NCBI GenBank assembly: GCA_965644295.1
Contig: CBFFRP010000363.1
Location: forward strand, 186,001 to 250,000
Reading direction: 5' to 3'
DNA length: 64,000 bases
DNA from: Paraphysomonas bandaiensis
Lineage: Eukaryota; Protista; Chrysophyceae
The translations under genes and the position numbers were made by a program. The first letter of the stretch is position 1. Each line of letters opens with the position of its first letter. Positions 24,926 through 36,873 of this stretch are shown here, piece after piece. The notes under the pieces are model-generated. The model did not search any database. It saw only the letters and a program-made list of their open reading frames with translations, and was not told the origin of the DNA.

Positions 24926-26284
24926 ATGAACCCTTCACTGATACTGCTGAGTGTGTTGTTAAGTATGTTGCTGTGTATCTCAGAGGCTCATGTACATACA
25001 GACACATCACATGCGTATCACTTGAATGATAGGACACATCTGTTAAGAGAAGACGTCAGAGAGACTGGTCGAAGAGACCTCAGAGGTAAGAGCTCATCGA
25101 GAAGCGGTGATAAAACACAGAAGCTTAGCGGTAAGAGTAAGAGGAGGCCCTCTAGCCCTGATAAGACTAACACTGTTAAGACTAAGAGGGGTAAGAGGAC
25201 TAGGAAGAAAGAATCTGGACCCAGTAGCACTCCTCGACCAACCACACCTGTCCTAGATATCACTTCTAACCCAACTAGTCCTCGTCTTAAGAAGAAGACA
25301 AGGAAGAGAGATCAGCCAACTCCAAGACCTACTATACCTGTGCTAGATGCTAGCTCAGAACCAACCGGTGTACCTACCTCGATTCCCACTGCGGTTCCTA
25401 CCGTGATTTCCACCGTGATATCGGAAGAGACTTCGATTCCAACCAGATCTGATGATACTACCACAAAAACTAACACCAAGCAAAGCACGAAAACGAAGAA
25501 AAAGCCAAGCAGCAAGACTAAGAAGACTAGGAAGAAAGAATCTGGACCCAGTAGCACTCCTCGACCAACCACACCTGTCCTAGATATCACTTCTAACCCA
25601 ACTAGTCCTCGTCTTAAGAAGAAGACAAGGAAGAGAGATCAGCCAACTCCAAGACCTACTATACCTGTGCTAGATGCTAGCTCAGAACCAACCGGTGTAC
25701 CTACCTCGATTCCCACTGCGGTTCCTACCGTGATTTCCACCGTGATATCGGAAGAGACTTCGATTCCAACCAGATCTGATGATACTACCACAAAAACTAA
25801 CACCAAGCAAAGCACGAAAACGAAGAAAAAGCCAAGCAGCAAGACTAAGAAGACTAGGAAGAAGGAATCTGGACCCAGTAGCACTCCTCGACCAACCACA
25901 CCTGTCCTAGATATCACTTCTAACCCAACTAGTCCTCGTCTTAAGAAGAAGACAAGGAAGAGAGATCAGCCAACTCCAAGACCTACTATACCTGTGCTAG
26001 ATGCTAGCTCAGAACCAACCGGTGTACCTACCTCGATTCCCACTGCGGTTCCTACCGTGATTTCCACCGTAATATCGGAAGAGACTTCGATTCCAACCAG
26101 ATCTGATGATACTACCACAAAAACTAACACCAAGCAAAGCTCGAAAACGAAGAAAAAGCCAAGCAGCAAGACTAAGAAGACTAGGAAGAAGGAATCTGGA
26201 CCCAGTAGCACTCCTCGACCAACCACACCTGTCCTAGATATCACCTCCAGTCCAACATTGTTTCGGAAGAAAATGAGATATTAA
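24926..26284 (+). CDS. Secreted Lys/Thr/Ser/Pro-rich tandem-repeat protein
   Basis: Clear signal peptide, His-rich pro-region ending RRDLR, then 109-aa repeats alternating poly-basic and PT/PS-rich blocks. Confidence 0.85.
   Translation: MNPSLILLSVLLSMLLCISEAHVHTDTSHAYHLNDRTHLLREDVRETGRRDLRGKSSSRSGDKTQKLSGKSKRRPSSPDKTNTVKTKRGKRTRKKESGPSSTPRPTTPVLDITSNPTSPRLKKKTRKRDQPTPRPTIPVLDASSEPTGVPTSIPTAVPTVISTVISEETSIPTRSDDTTTKTNTKQSTKTKKKPSSKTKKTRKKESGPSSTPRPTTPVLDITSNPTSPRLKKKTRKRDQPTPRPTIPVLDASSEPTGVPTSIPTAVPTVISTVISEETSIPTRSDDTTTKTNTKQSTKTKKKPSSKTKKTRKKESGPSSTPRPTTPVLDITSNPTSPRLKKKTRKRDQPTPRPTIPVLDASSEPTGVPTSIPTAVPTVISTVISEETSIPTRSDDTTTKTNTKQSSKTKKKPSSKTKKTRKKESGPSSTPRPTTPVLDITSSPTLFRKKMRY
25198..26244 (+). 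repeat. Coding tandem repeat, 327-bp unit, about 3.2 copies
   Basis: ACTAGGAAGAA(A/G)GAATCTGGACCCAG recurs every 327 bp; copies differ at only a few bases. Confidence 0.97.
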
Positions 26285-26811
26285 CTGTCATTTTTCTTGG
26301 GGTTTAGTGTGATGACTGCGACATTTCTGCTTACACCCATTATTTGTATTTCATCGTACGTTGTTTACTCGTAACATTAAACATTTTTGGATTTCTGAAT
26401 TCTGATCTCTGTTAACAATATAAACACCTATATATCTTTAAAATGTAGCATGTAGTAATATCAGTTCACATCACCTATTTACGCCACTGTAATTAAAACT
26501 GAATGTATATTGGATCTTGTGTAACAAGAATACCCATATCGTATGTAGTTGCTCTACAGGGAACTAAATAGTACATAAGTAGCGCCCCAACAATAATACC
26601 ACAACACTCATCTATCCAGCCCAACAACACTATTGCAATATAAATCAGTAGCTAAGTAAATATGAATATACGTTTTTAGTACTTGTCATTAAGATCACAT
26701 GATAACCAACCTCACTACAAACTTAGCTTGAATATACACTATGTATCCATATACCAAATACACTTAGCGCAATTTACATATACGAGTAGTTTACGCATAG
26801 CATGTTTTATT

Positions 26812-27065
26812 GAAAGTATTATTAGTAGCAATAGGCATTATGAATCAGCACCAGCTTAGTAGAGCTAGATGAAAACTAGTCAAGCTAGGTAGACGTCTAC
26901 CTGTAACTAACTAGAGTACAAATGCTATTTCCTACTATATTTAACGCTACGGAAGCTGCTTGTGCCGCAAGAACTAAGGTGCAACCATTATCGCTCTATC
27001 ACTCAGCGCAACCGCAGTCAGAAAAAAGCAGAATGTTGATGTATCTGACATCTGCTGACTTAAGG
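26812..27065 (+). repeat. Dispersed repeat family B, near full-length degenerate copy
   Basis: Shares AGCAATAGGC, GCTAGATGAAAACTAG, CCTGTAAC, CGGAAGCTGCTT and GCAGAATGTTGAT..CTGACATCTGCTGACTT with pieces at 39588-39772(-), 61447-61511(-), 62332-62510(+) and 63843-63952(+). Confidence 0.8.
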
Positions 27066-28890
27066 ATTAGTGGTTTGATGACTATTCTCATCTGCTATAC
27101 AAGTAGTTGAATGCACATCAACGTGATGTTGAAACTGATTATCCATAATTGATATAGATATTTTTATCAATAAACTTTGGTATGTACTGGTTACTATATA
27201 TAGACTATAGTATATATATTGTATTGAAAAATACTATGACATACATATTTTATAGATTATAGCTTAACAATAACAACATTGGTTGATTTGTTCAAACCGT
27301 TTGACCAATCGATATTTTTACAATACAATATGGTTCACTATCCCTTGTGTACAGAATCTATGCTTTTTTACAGCTTCGATGACAAAAAATAAACACTAGT
27401 AGCTTTGACCCTCCCAATTAAATTTAATATTTCATCATACCAGATGATCTGAGGTATTTATATTATTGAATAAAGTTAAAGGGGTTCAAATGGCTTGTCA
27501 TAATATTATGGGATTGGCCTATTATACTAGTCGTATTAATAAATGATACAAACCAGTCGATTTCGATGACTATATAATATAATAAATTTTACTAACCATA
27601 TTATTTGTTGCCGTTGCAAAAACTTTTCACAAACCTTTCATAGTACTATCCTATATATAGCTTAAAGAGTGCAACCTTTACTTTACTCTAGATAGAGAGG
27701 TATAACAAGCGCTATAAGGCTATATATATATATATATATATGTTTTGTTGAGTTTTCTGCAATATGATGCGGTATAGATTGTGCACTCTATAATTAAAAA
27801 TAATTAATAACACTACTATATACTATTGCATTCAAGCACTTCTAGATCCATTCTACAACAATTCTTTAAAGTCTAGTAAAATCTACTAGATTTTCCCAAA
27901 TTTTTGAAAATTTCCTACGTGTGCATATATATATTCTTTACTTAATTGAAGAGAGTTAATAGTGTGCAATATGTTGAGTTTTGATATATATATGAGAGCA
28001 ATTGAAAGCTGTTGTTGTTATAAGGTATTTAAATTACAGTAGTAGTATACAGTTGTACTCTTATTATTAGTCGTATACAGTTAAAATGAATGACTATGAG
28101 TATATATATATAGTAGTAAAGCTGACGATGCAAGGTTGTAGTGACGAAGAAGTAAGATCGAACAAAAAAATGAGTGGTAGTAGAGAGACAACATGAAATT
28201 GAGATATTGATTATAATTTATAATTCTCTGCATATATAATTGAAATCAGTCATAGGTGTAACGGGAGAATATATTTACAACGGAAGTATAAATTCAATTA
28301 CCAATGTCTGATGTGTGACTACGTATGATATAAGAATGACTGGTGAACATTTATGATGAATTATTGTTGTTTTATAAATATGTTATGAAGAGTTGAGATT
28401 TATAATTATAATTTACTCTTTGAAAGCAAAAAGAAGCAAGGTTAAGGTTACGTGTAAATCAAGATTAACTTCAGTGCAATGTTCAATTCTAACACGCTTC
28501 TATATTCTGCTTGGACATACATACGAACACTAATTCTCATATGACATATGATTACATTTCCGGAGGTGGGTTATGATAGTATGGAGAATGACATAACTGA
28601 ACAATACTGTCACTCTATGCTTAGATTATAAGTTTGAAACATAAAGTAATATGTAATGAACTTATGTGATCAATATCACTTGTCAATCGCCAAATTCTTA
28701 TTGTCTTAACTACCGATCATTTCTACCAAAAGGAGCATATTTGAGTATCGGTCATTTTTACAATTACGATCGTTGAGAAAAGTTTATAGGAATAATATAA
28801 CTAGATAGACTCTTTATTATAATTGCATACACAATTGTGTGTGTTATCATGTAAAACGAAATAAAACATGATAATTTATTTCGTTCATAC

Positions 28891-29012
28891 CCTCAACAAT
28901 GTCGGAGTCGCACCTTTTCGTGGTGTTCTGGGGGGATAAGTACCGGAGAGATTCTCAAACATAGTCAGCTGATATTTTTCTGTCCACTCATAGCCGAATT
29001 CTTGTGTGGTAC
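28891..29012 (+). repeat. Dispersed repeat family A, truncated and internally deleted copy
   Basis: CCTCAACAA..TCGCACCTTTTCGTGGTGTTCTGGGG..GATAAGTAC and TCTGTCCACTCATAGC match 38929 and 61117. Confidence 0.9.
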
Positions 29013-29600
29013 GTACTCCAACAATTTCCATACAATATTAGATATCACGATCTTATACGGTCGATATATATTTTAGTTTCACTACTATGATTGCTAGCAT
29101 GACATTAGTTCTCAAAATGCAGTTAATTCTTCTGTATTCTTCCATTAGCAGTCATAAGTCAAATATCTTTGAACTACAGCTTTCAATTGCTCTCAGATAG
29201 CAGGACTCAACACATTATTCATTATTTTGGTCTAAAAACTATTAAATGTGGTGTGCCGCACGTTTACTGGAACTGGTTGTGAAGAAGAGAAAAATATATA
29301 TAGCTTGTGGATCATAGAACTTTCGAGCAGTTATTATAAATATTACATGTTACATCATCGAGAGTGGCCCACACATATATGAGATTAATTCAACAGTTAT
29401 GAGTTTAAAAAACAGGCAGCTCCGTTGTAATAGCACAGTCAATAAATGCAACAGCAGTGAGTTGAAGGTTGTACATGGCGGTTATTGAGGCATCTATCCT
29501 ACACATATTAAGTATCTACATTGTACGCTATTTTTATAATGTCACTGCCGAGATATGATACAACAATTCGAGATAGGGGAATTTCAAACAAGAGAGCTCA

Positions 29601-32600
29601 CTATGCTGTATCAGACTTTTCTTTGCCCTTAGCGTCTATCAACTCATTGCTGCCTATACCATTACGTCGGGCGCCCTCCTTTTCGCGGTCATGATCATGT
29701 TGAATGATATTCTGGAGCGACGATACTGATGTAATAACATCAGATACCTTCACGATACCTGTACGTTCTACAACGTTGTCAAAACGTGTCTGTGCTGGGC
29801 AATGCTTATCAGAAGAATTTATTTCCAAAAGAGGTGAGAGGGTTCCGCACTTCTGTACATTTCCATCTGTAGCAAGTCGTTTGCGTTGGACATCATCCCC
29901 ACTATCTACGCCTGTACCGAGTTCCAACTGTCCGCATGCATCCAGCTTCCGTTTTCTATCTCCACTTTCTATTTCACCACATTCAACACTCTTCACTGCG
30001 CCTTCGTCAGAGTTACCTCTGCTGGAACACATCTCAGTCGTCAAATGCAGTTCCTCAGAGTGACGCTTGAGAGTAATGCTCGGAGAGGAAACTAAATTAA
30101 ATTGCAATGGTGCAGACGGTGAGGGTGGAAGAGTGTCGGGCGGAGGCAAAGACATGTCAGACACGGGAGCAGAGTTAGCGCATAAGCCCGTGTGGAGTAG
30201 GGACGATGGAGTAGGCAAGGGGGTTACGTCACCTGAAGACGACACACTCGACACTATACAAGAAGAGGTAACTGAAGCTCCACTCGGTGGCGGCATGAGC
30301 CCCTCTTCACTATCATTGGTATTGTCAAATGCGTTCGTTGCTGGCATAACCAGTGGCTCGTCATTACATACTGTATCTGATGTAGAAACTATATCTGACG
30401 ATGCCGTACTTTTGCCGCTACAGCTAGCCAAGGGATTACTATGCTGACTATCACCACCACTGTTCTGTGTGCCACTTGCAGAGTTTTCGATAGTGGTCTT
30501 TTCTGTACTCCCTCCGGAATTGTCATCAGGGATATCTACTTTCTCTCTAATTTGGTCAGTGATGTCATTTTCGCCTTCGCCATCATAGGCATCAATATCA
30601 CCCTCATTCTCTTCCCCTTTAAGCTCGCTGATTCCTGTGTCTTCTCCAGTATCATCATTGTCGCCACCATCAAACTCGTCTCCATCGAGCTGAGCGTCCT
30701 CTTCCATTCCCTCATCCCCAACAGATGTTTCAACACCATCATCCATCGCTTCCGTGTCCCCTTCATCAATATCTTTGTCTGTCCCATCCTCGCCATGAGG
30801 GACATCACTTGACTCCTGCGAGGAGGATTGCGACCTTCCCCTACCCCTACCGCGCCCCCTACCACCCCATCGTCCTCTTCCACGTCCTCGACCTCGATTT
30901 GTAGGCTTGGCAGCGACTGGAATGCTGTCTTCGGCCCGTCCCCCAGTGCGACCCCCTCCACGAGAGCTAACAGTAGTTCGTCTACCACGCCGCCCTCGGC
31001 CTCGTCCTCTCCCAGGAGACGTCGGTGCAGCAGCTGCGGCGACTGCGCTTTCTTTCCGTTCTCTCGGTCCTTCAATTATTTCCATACTATTGTTCGGATC
31101 GCGGGCCCGCTTGGAGCGGGAGTTTCTCAGCTCGCTCTGACATTGCAGCCAACCCGCATCACTCTGCGCATAACCACCATACATATCTTCACTAGGAGCT
31201 TCGTTGAATTGATCACATGAGTAGGCAAACTTTCTAGATACCATTCCAGCCTTTTGACCACCTCCTGCTTGGGCATTAGTCTTGCGCAAGTATCGCCGAT
31301 CTGCCAGAAGACGTGTCACTGCTCGAGGCTCTTTCTGTTGCATATACTTCATGTGTTGTCTTCGTGTTGTACCCATGTCCTCTTGTTTCTTCTCCTCAAA
31401 GCCAAGAGCCGCGGCCATGTAAAGTGGATGAGAGCACAACGAGCCATAAGTCACATCATCCACTGGAAGCTCATAGAGCTGCTCTTTATCCTCAAATTCA
31501 TCTGGAGGATAAACGACTCCGCCAACAGAATGAGCTGCTGCACTGGTGTGCGACCACGAGTTTTTCACATGGCGCTTTCTGTTGTCAAACTCACGCAGCA
31601 GTGACTTGTATGGTATGGTTGTTTTGGAGTCATAATAGAATTTTATACAATCTTTTGTGGTACGGTTTGTCAAATAGGATGCGATCTTTGAAAAGTTTTT
31701 CGGGAACTGCAGAAACTTGTCCACAAATATGCATTTTTCCATATCTGTCCACGGCCGACACTGTCTCTCAACTCTGTCCACTTGTAATGCACAATTGCAG
31801 CCTGGAACACACTCCTGAGAAGGGGCGAGGGCCGAGCACATTTGTCGTCGTCCGTCTGTTGTCAACCGACACCCATTGAGATCGACAATCACTGGAGGTT
31901 CAACCACATGTTTCGGAAAACTTTCTACCTTGAACAGATCAAGATCATCTTGTGATTCGGTGATCGAACCCATCGGGTCATAGTCAGGAATCAACAGGCC
32001 TCGAGGAGGCCATCGCGGGGGTTCAGGTGCCACTGTATGATCTGCATGCTGCCATGGGGATAGCATATCCGTGGGCTTCGTCACCCCCGTCTTCAGACGG
32101 CGCTGCATTAGCTCCATCATGGCAAGCTGCTGTAAAACCTTGTCCTGGTCGTACTCCGGACGAGTAATGTCATTTCCTGCAGAGGCCGAGGCCCGCATAG
32201 CCGAAAGTCTAGCGGGAGTGCGAGGCGACATAATATTCCTCATTGCTGCTAGTTCTCGCAGCCGAGCAGTATATTTTTCATCCTCCTCCTGCTCTGGTGG
32301 GCGATTGTGCTCGACGTAGTGCTCCCATTGATGCTTCACTCTAAGGTAACGATCCCCTAACACCTCCCAGGCTTGAGTGCGCGCCAGCTTTCGCCGTCGA
32401 ACCTCTGCTGCAATCACAGACCGTTTTCGTTGCATGTCCTCTTGTAATGACTGTACACGCGTTTGGTTGATGGGATACAAACAGTCGCCAGGAGATGCAA
32501 AGGCTGATATAAAATCTTGACTACATATGTTCGCAATGGCCGCGCGCTTGCAGTTTTCTTTAGCGAACATTGGGGCCAGTGACTCGGACTTGGATATCTG

Positions 32601-35600
32601 TCCGCTGAACACGTGCATTCTGTCTGCTTTGCCCACAGTCTTCTTTACCAATGCTATTGGAGAGGAGTTTAAGGATGGCATGGCAGAGCCGACTGTTCCA
32701 CCTTGAGTGAGACCACTGGATGGAGCTTGTATGGAACGTTGAGGTTGTGAGGAATGCTTTGATAAGACACGAGGTTTCACGCTTTTTTTTTCACCTCGCG
32801 CAGCTGACTCTTCCAGCTCCTTGCGCCAGATAAGCCACTTTGACAAAGCGTCTCCCAGGTTCTGAGTCTTAGCTTCTATTATATCCAGACACATCATTAT
32901 TTCGGATGTATACGGAATCGGTAGATTCACAACCGACTGTACACTCTGGAGCAAGTTGTGGAGGTGTTGTAGGTCCTCCGTGCAAAACCCTCCTACTCCG
33001 CGCATGCGCATCTGTATACGCACCATGCCCTGTAGTGCAAAAAAAGCATAGGATAAGTCAGGATCAGATGAGAAGAGCGATCCCAACGAGTCTCTTTCAA
33101 AAGAACCAAACGAGCGACTCCTCCGTTTGACAGGCATAGAAGGAACGGTCTGCACTTGATCGCTACTAGTTGCTTTCTTCCGACCAGTACGCGATAGTTT
33201 AGGACCTTGGGTAGCTGTCGCCATCACCGCCCCCTCACTCGCTTTTACATTTCCAGCGGGGGGACGTCCTCTGCGTTTCTTCGGTGCAGACTCGTCGCCT
33301 CCACTGTCACCGTCAGAGTCGCCGGCATGCACGCTTCCCATCTTCTTCAAACGCTTTCCTTTCGGCTTTCCGTCCTCTCCATCGCTATTAGAATCGAAAC
33401 CTGATTCGGAAACACTAGGGGCTTTCCTTCTGCTACCACTGATCAACAAGTCGTTTTCTGCTACACAATTAATTAAGTCAATGTGAGATAACAGTAAATA
33501 AAGACTTGCCTTCAGCCTTTTTTTTGGCTCGTCGCTCAGCCTTCTTTACAGCCTTGGCTTCGTCCGACAGGGGTGGCCTCCCAGGTCGTCCCTTCACTCT
33601 GGGAGTGCCTGAAGGTGACGGACGTGGCTGGGCAGTTGCCGATCCTGTCTCAACTTCAACTCTCCGCAGAGCCTCAGTGTCCAATAGAGGCGGCTTCTTT
33701 ACAGGTGACCCGGATATGCTCTCGCTTGAATCATTATTTCCACTGCTTCCCTTGTCAGGCAACTTGGAGGTAAACGCACTGTCCATATCTATACACATAT
33801 ACCACCATTACACTCGATACAAACGCGTCGCATACTAACCTTTATCTACTCCGCCAACACACTCGTGATTTATTGAGGCTGAACTGATCTCGAAGCCATC
33901 AATGTTGACTCCTTTCACATTATTATCATCCAGAGTATCCTCAGTATTTTGTGGTTCCTCTGTTTTCTTGGTATGATATGCTTTAACCTCACCAACTTTC
34001 CTTGAGTCATGTGCTTTCTTAGTACGATCAGCTTTAACCTCATCAACTTTCCTTGAGTCATGTGCTTTCTTAGTACGATCAGCTTTAACCTCATCAACTA
34101 TCCTTGAGTCATGTGCTTTCTTGGTATTATCAGCTTTAACCTCATCAACTTTCCTTGAGTCATGTGCTTTCTTAGTACGATCAGCTTTAACCTCATCAAC
34201 TATCCTTGAGTCATATGCTTTCTTGGTATTATCAGCTCTAACCTCATCAACTTTCCTTGAGTCATGTGCTTTCTTAGTACGATCAGATCTAACCTCATCA
34301 GCTTTCCTTGAGTCATGTGCTTTCTTGGTATGATCAGCTTTAACCTCATCAACTTTCCATGAGTCAAGTGCTTTCTTAGTACGATCAGCTTCAAAGTTGT
34401 CAATCTCCCTTGCATGTGGTGCTTTCTTGGTATTATTATCTTTAACGTTGTCAGCCTTGCCAGAGTCCACTAAATGCTTCGTATAGCCAACTTTAACTTC
34501 ATCAACTTCTTCAGAGCCCTGTGGCTGGGGCTCGCGCACAGCTGATATCGTTTTTTTCTCTTCATTAGCCTTGGAAGTGGGCGACAGCAGAGCAGTCAGC
34601 GACGACTTCGAAGAGACTATTTCACTCTGTGTTCGCCGTATAGGCACATTATTCGATGGCATCAGATCCATTACATCAGATCCAGGAAGTTCTCCCTCGT
34701 CAATGCTGTGACTTCTCCGCATAACGACCGTCTCATTCTCTTCACCTGTAGGTGCGTCAGGGGTGTCCATATTGCCAGAAGTGCGTCTGCGAAGGCCCTG
34801 CCCCCACCCTAACCTTGCACGACGGATGGAGGGCGCGCATCCGGCACCACTACTTTCCGATATACTCTCCGAAATTCTAGGGGCCGCTCCAATATTCTCC
34901 ATCTCATCTCTAGGATGAGCGGATGAACTAGTTGTACGTGCCTCACTCTTTGAAACTTCCTCCACATCTTCACCACCTACTGCAAGGCTATCTCGAGAAC
35001 CACTGTGAATGGTGTCGATCAGATCCGTGATACTAGGGGTAGATGGATCATCTAACGGCAAGGGAACAGACGGCGTTCGGGTAACGCCAGACGGTCGAGT
35101 ACGTATAGTATGAGTCGGCACAACTGGCGTGGAGTGTACATACGAAGGAGTAGACTTTTGGGCCCCGAGAGATGGTATACTTTCCTTCCTGGAGAGGTTT
35201 GGGTCTGATACGACGTGAATAAGTGGTTTAGATTTAGGTGTCCTTGATTCCTTGTTGGTGTCACTATTACTAATAACGGAAGAAGATCGTGGTTTAGATT
35301 GTTGATTGTTTTTCCAGGAGTTGGTCACGAGACCTCCAATTGTAGAGATATCTGATAGCAGTAACGGGGAGGTATTTTGAGGTCGTTTTGGTGGCATCGT
35401 GTGTAGCGAAGAGTTAGCAGAAGGGAGAGGGGCATAGGACGGCCCAGAAGGGTGTGTGTCATGGCTATCAACGACCTCCATATCAACATCCTGGGGGGAT
35501 CGCCGCCCCGTCATAGCTGCAGACGATGGACGGGGAGGGTATCCACGACTAGGTCCGCATGGCGGCGGCAGGCCAGGTTGAAAGCCAGCAGAAGTAAGGG

Positions 35601-36209
35601 GGGGTGGGGCACCTGGGGGTAACGGCGGACCAGATCTCCCAAAATATGAGCTGGACTGATAACGAGGTGGGTCCTGGTGGTAATTGTGTTTCCGCCCCCC
35701 TGACCGGCCATGTCCCCTTATAGTCGGAGGGCCAAATGGTGGCACACCATACATTTGCTGTGGGGCCATCATTCCATCCGATGAAAAGGACGCACCAGGA
35801 AGCATATGGTGAGGGTGAGTATGTTTTGAATCTACATTACCATAATGGTTATACGGCCGAGTCGAACTGTTGAAATCATCTGGACAACACACTCAGGTAA
35901 CTTACAAGAGTATTATTACAACATACCTTGAGATCTAGGTACACTAACAGAGTTTTGTCCTTGACTATAATCATGATACCCCCAAGATTTTTGAGGGGCA
36001 TCTGAGGGGTTCCCGCGGCTATAACTATGAGAGCTGTCGCTTATATACTGACATTTACCGTTCGCAGGACTGTCTGCATTCGTCTGCTCTGAAAACATCA
36101 TCGCAGATGACACGTATCTGTCCATATCCGAACCCTTACGATTAAAAGCAGGAGTTGATGATGGAGACTCTTCAATCTCTCCATCCTCAACATTGTCATG
36201 AGGTTCCAT
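29601..36209 (-). CDS. Large SANT/Myb-domain nuclear protein (NCoR/Snt1/POWERDRESS-like), about 4 exons
   Basis: PWTDMEKCIFVDKFLQFPKNFSKIASYLTNRTTKDCIKFYYDSK is an NCoR-type SANT1. AT-hook-like RRGRPP and RPGRPP, RG-rich and acidic tracts. Four collinear ORFs separated by short introns. Confidence 0.85.
33963..34432 (-). repeat. Coding minisatellite, 51-bp (17-aa) unit, about 9 copies
   Basis: KKAHDSRKVDEVKADRT variants repeated in frame. Confidence 0.95.
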
Positions 36210-36873
36210 ATGGAGGCACTCGTATTGTCGGCCGGATTATAATACGGCTCTTACAGACAAAAATGACTCAGGTGGAAATTAATCGATAAAGGACAAAAAG
36301 AGTAGAAACTGAATCCTCTTTGTGAGTTCATAGCGTGTGAAGGGTGGCTTAAAGACATCGAATTGTGGAGTTGCGACACCACTGAACCTCTCAATATTCC
36401 TTCATATCAGATCAATCATAGCACATCCAATGATTTACCTTTACTGCTATATGATTGGATGTTTTATATCTTCAAGAGACACCGTTATTTTCAGGTATGG
36501 AATTCGTTGAAAAGAAAAAATTTAAACTTTTCAGTTTGGAAGGTGTTCAAAGAGCACTTGAAAAACACATATAGCAGATGGTATACCGGTATACCGGTAT
36601 ACATAGTATACAATGGAGCTATGATGTAAAAGGACTGGCCGGCACACCCAGAGAAGCATGGGATGTATATGCATGCTGCGGTAGTACATGTACACACTGC
36701 TCCATATATAGCAAGAGCAGTATACCATATACATACATATACATATACACGCTTGCTTCTGCTGTATCTGGCAGGGACTGCTGTTGCTTGTTGTTATCAA
36801 GAGCTCTTTCAACACATTCTACTCAATATCCAGTCTACCTCTATATAGTTACTGGGCAAACATACTGGGTACA

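Noticed and set aside
25198-34432. CRISPR-like interpretation of the tandem repeats
   Set aside because: No unique spacers; the units are in-frame coding repeats in a eukaryotic genome.
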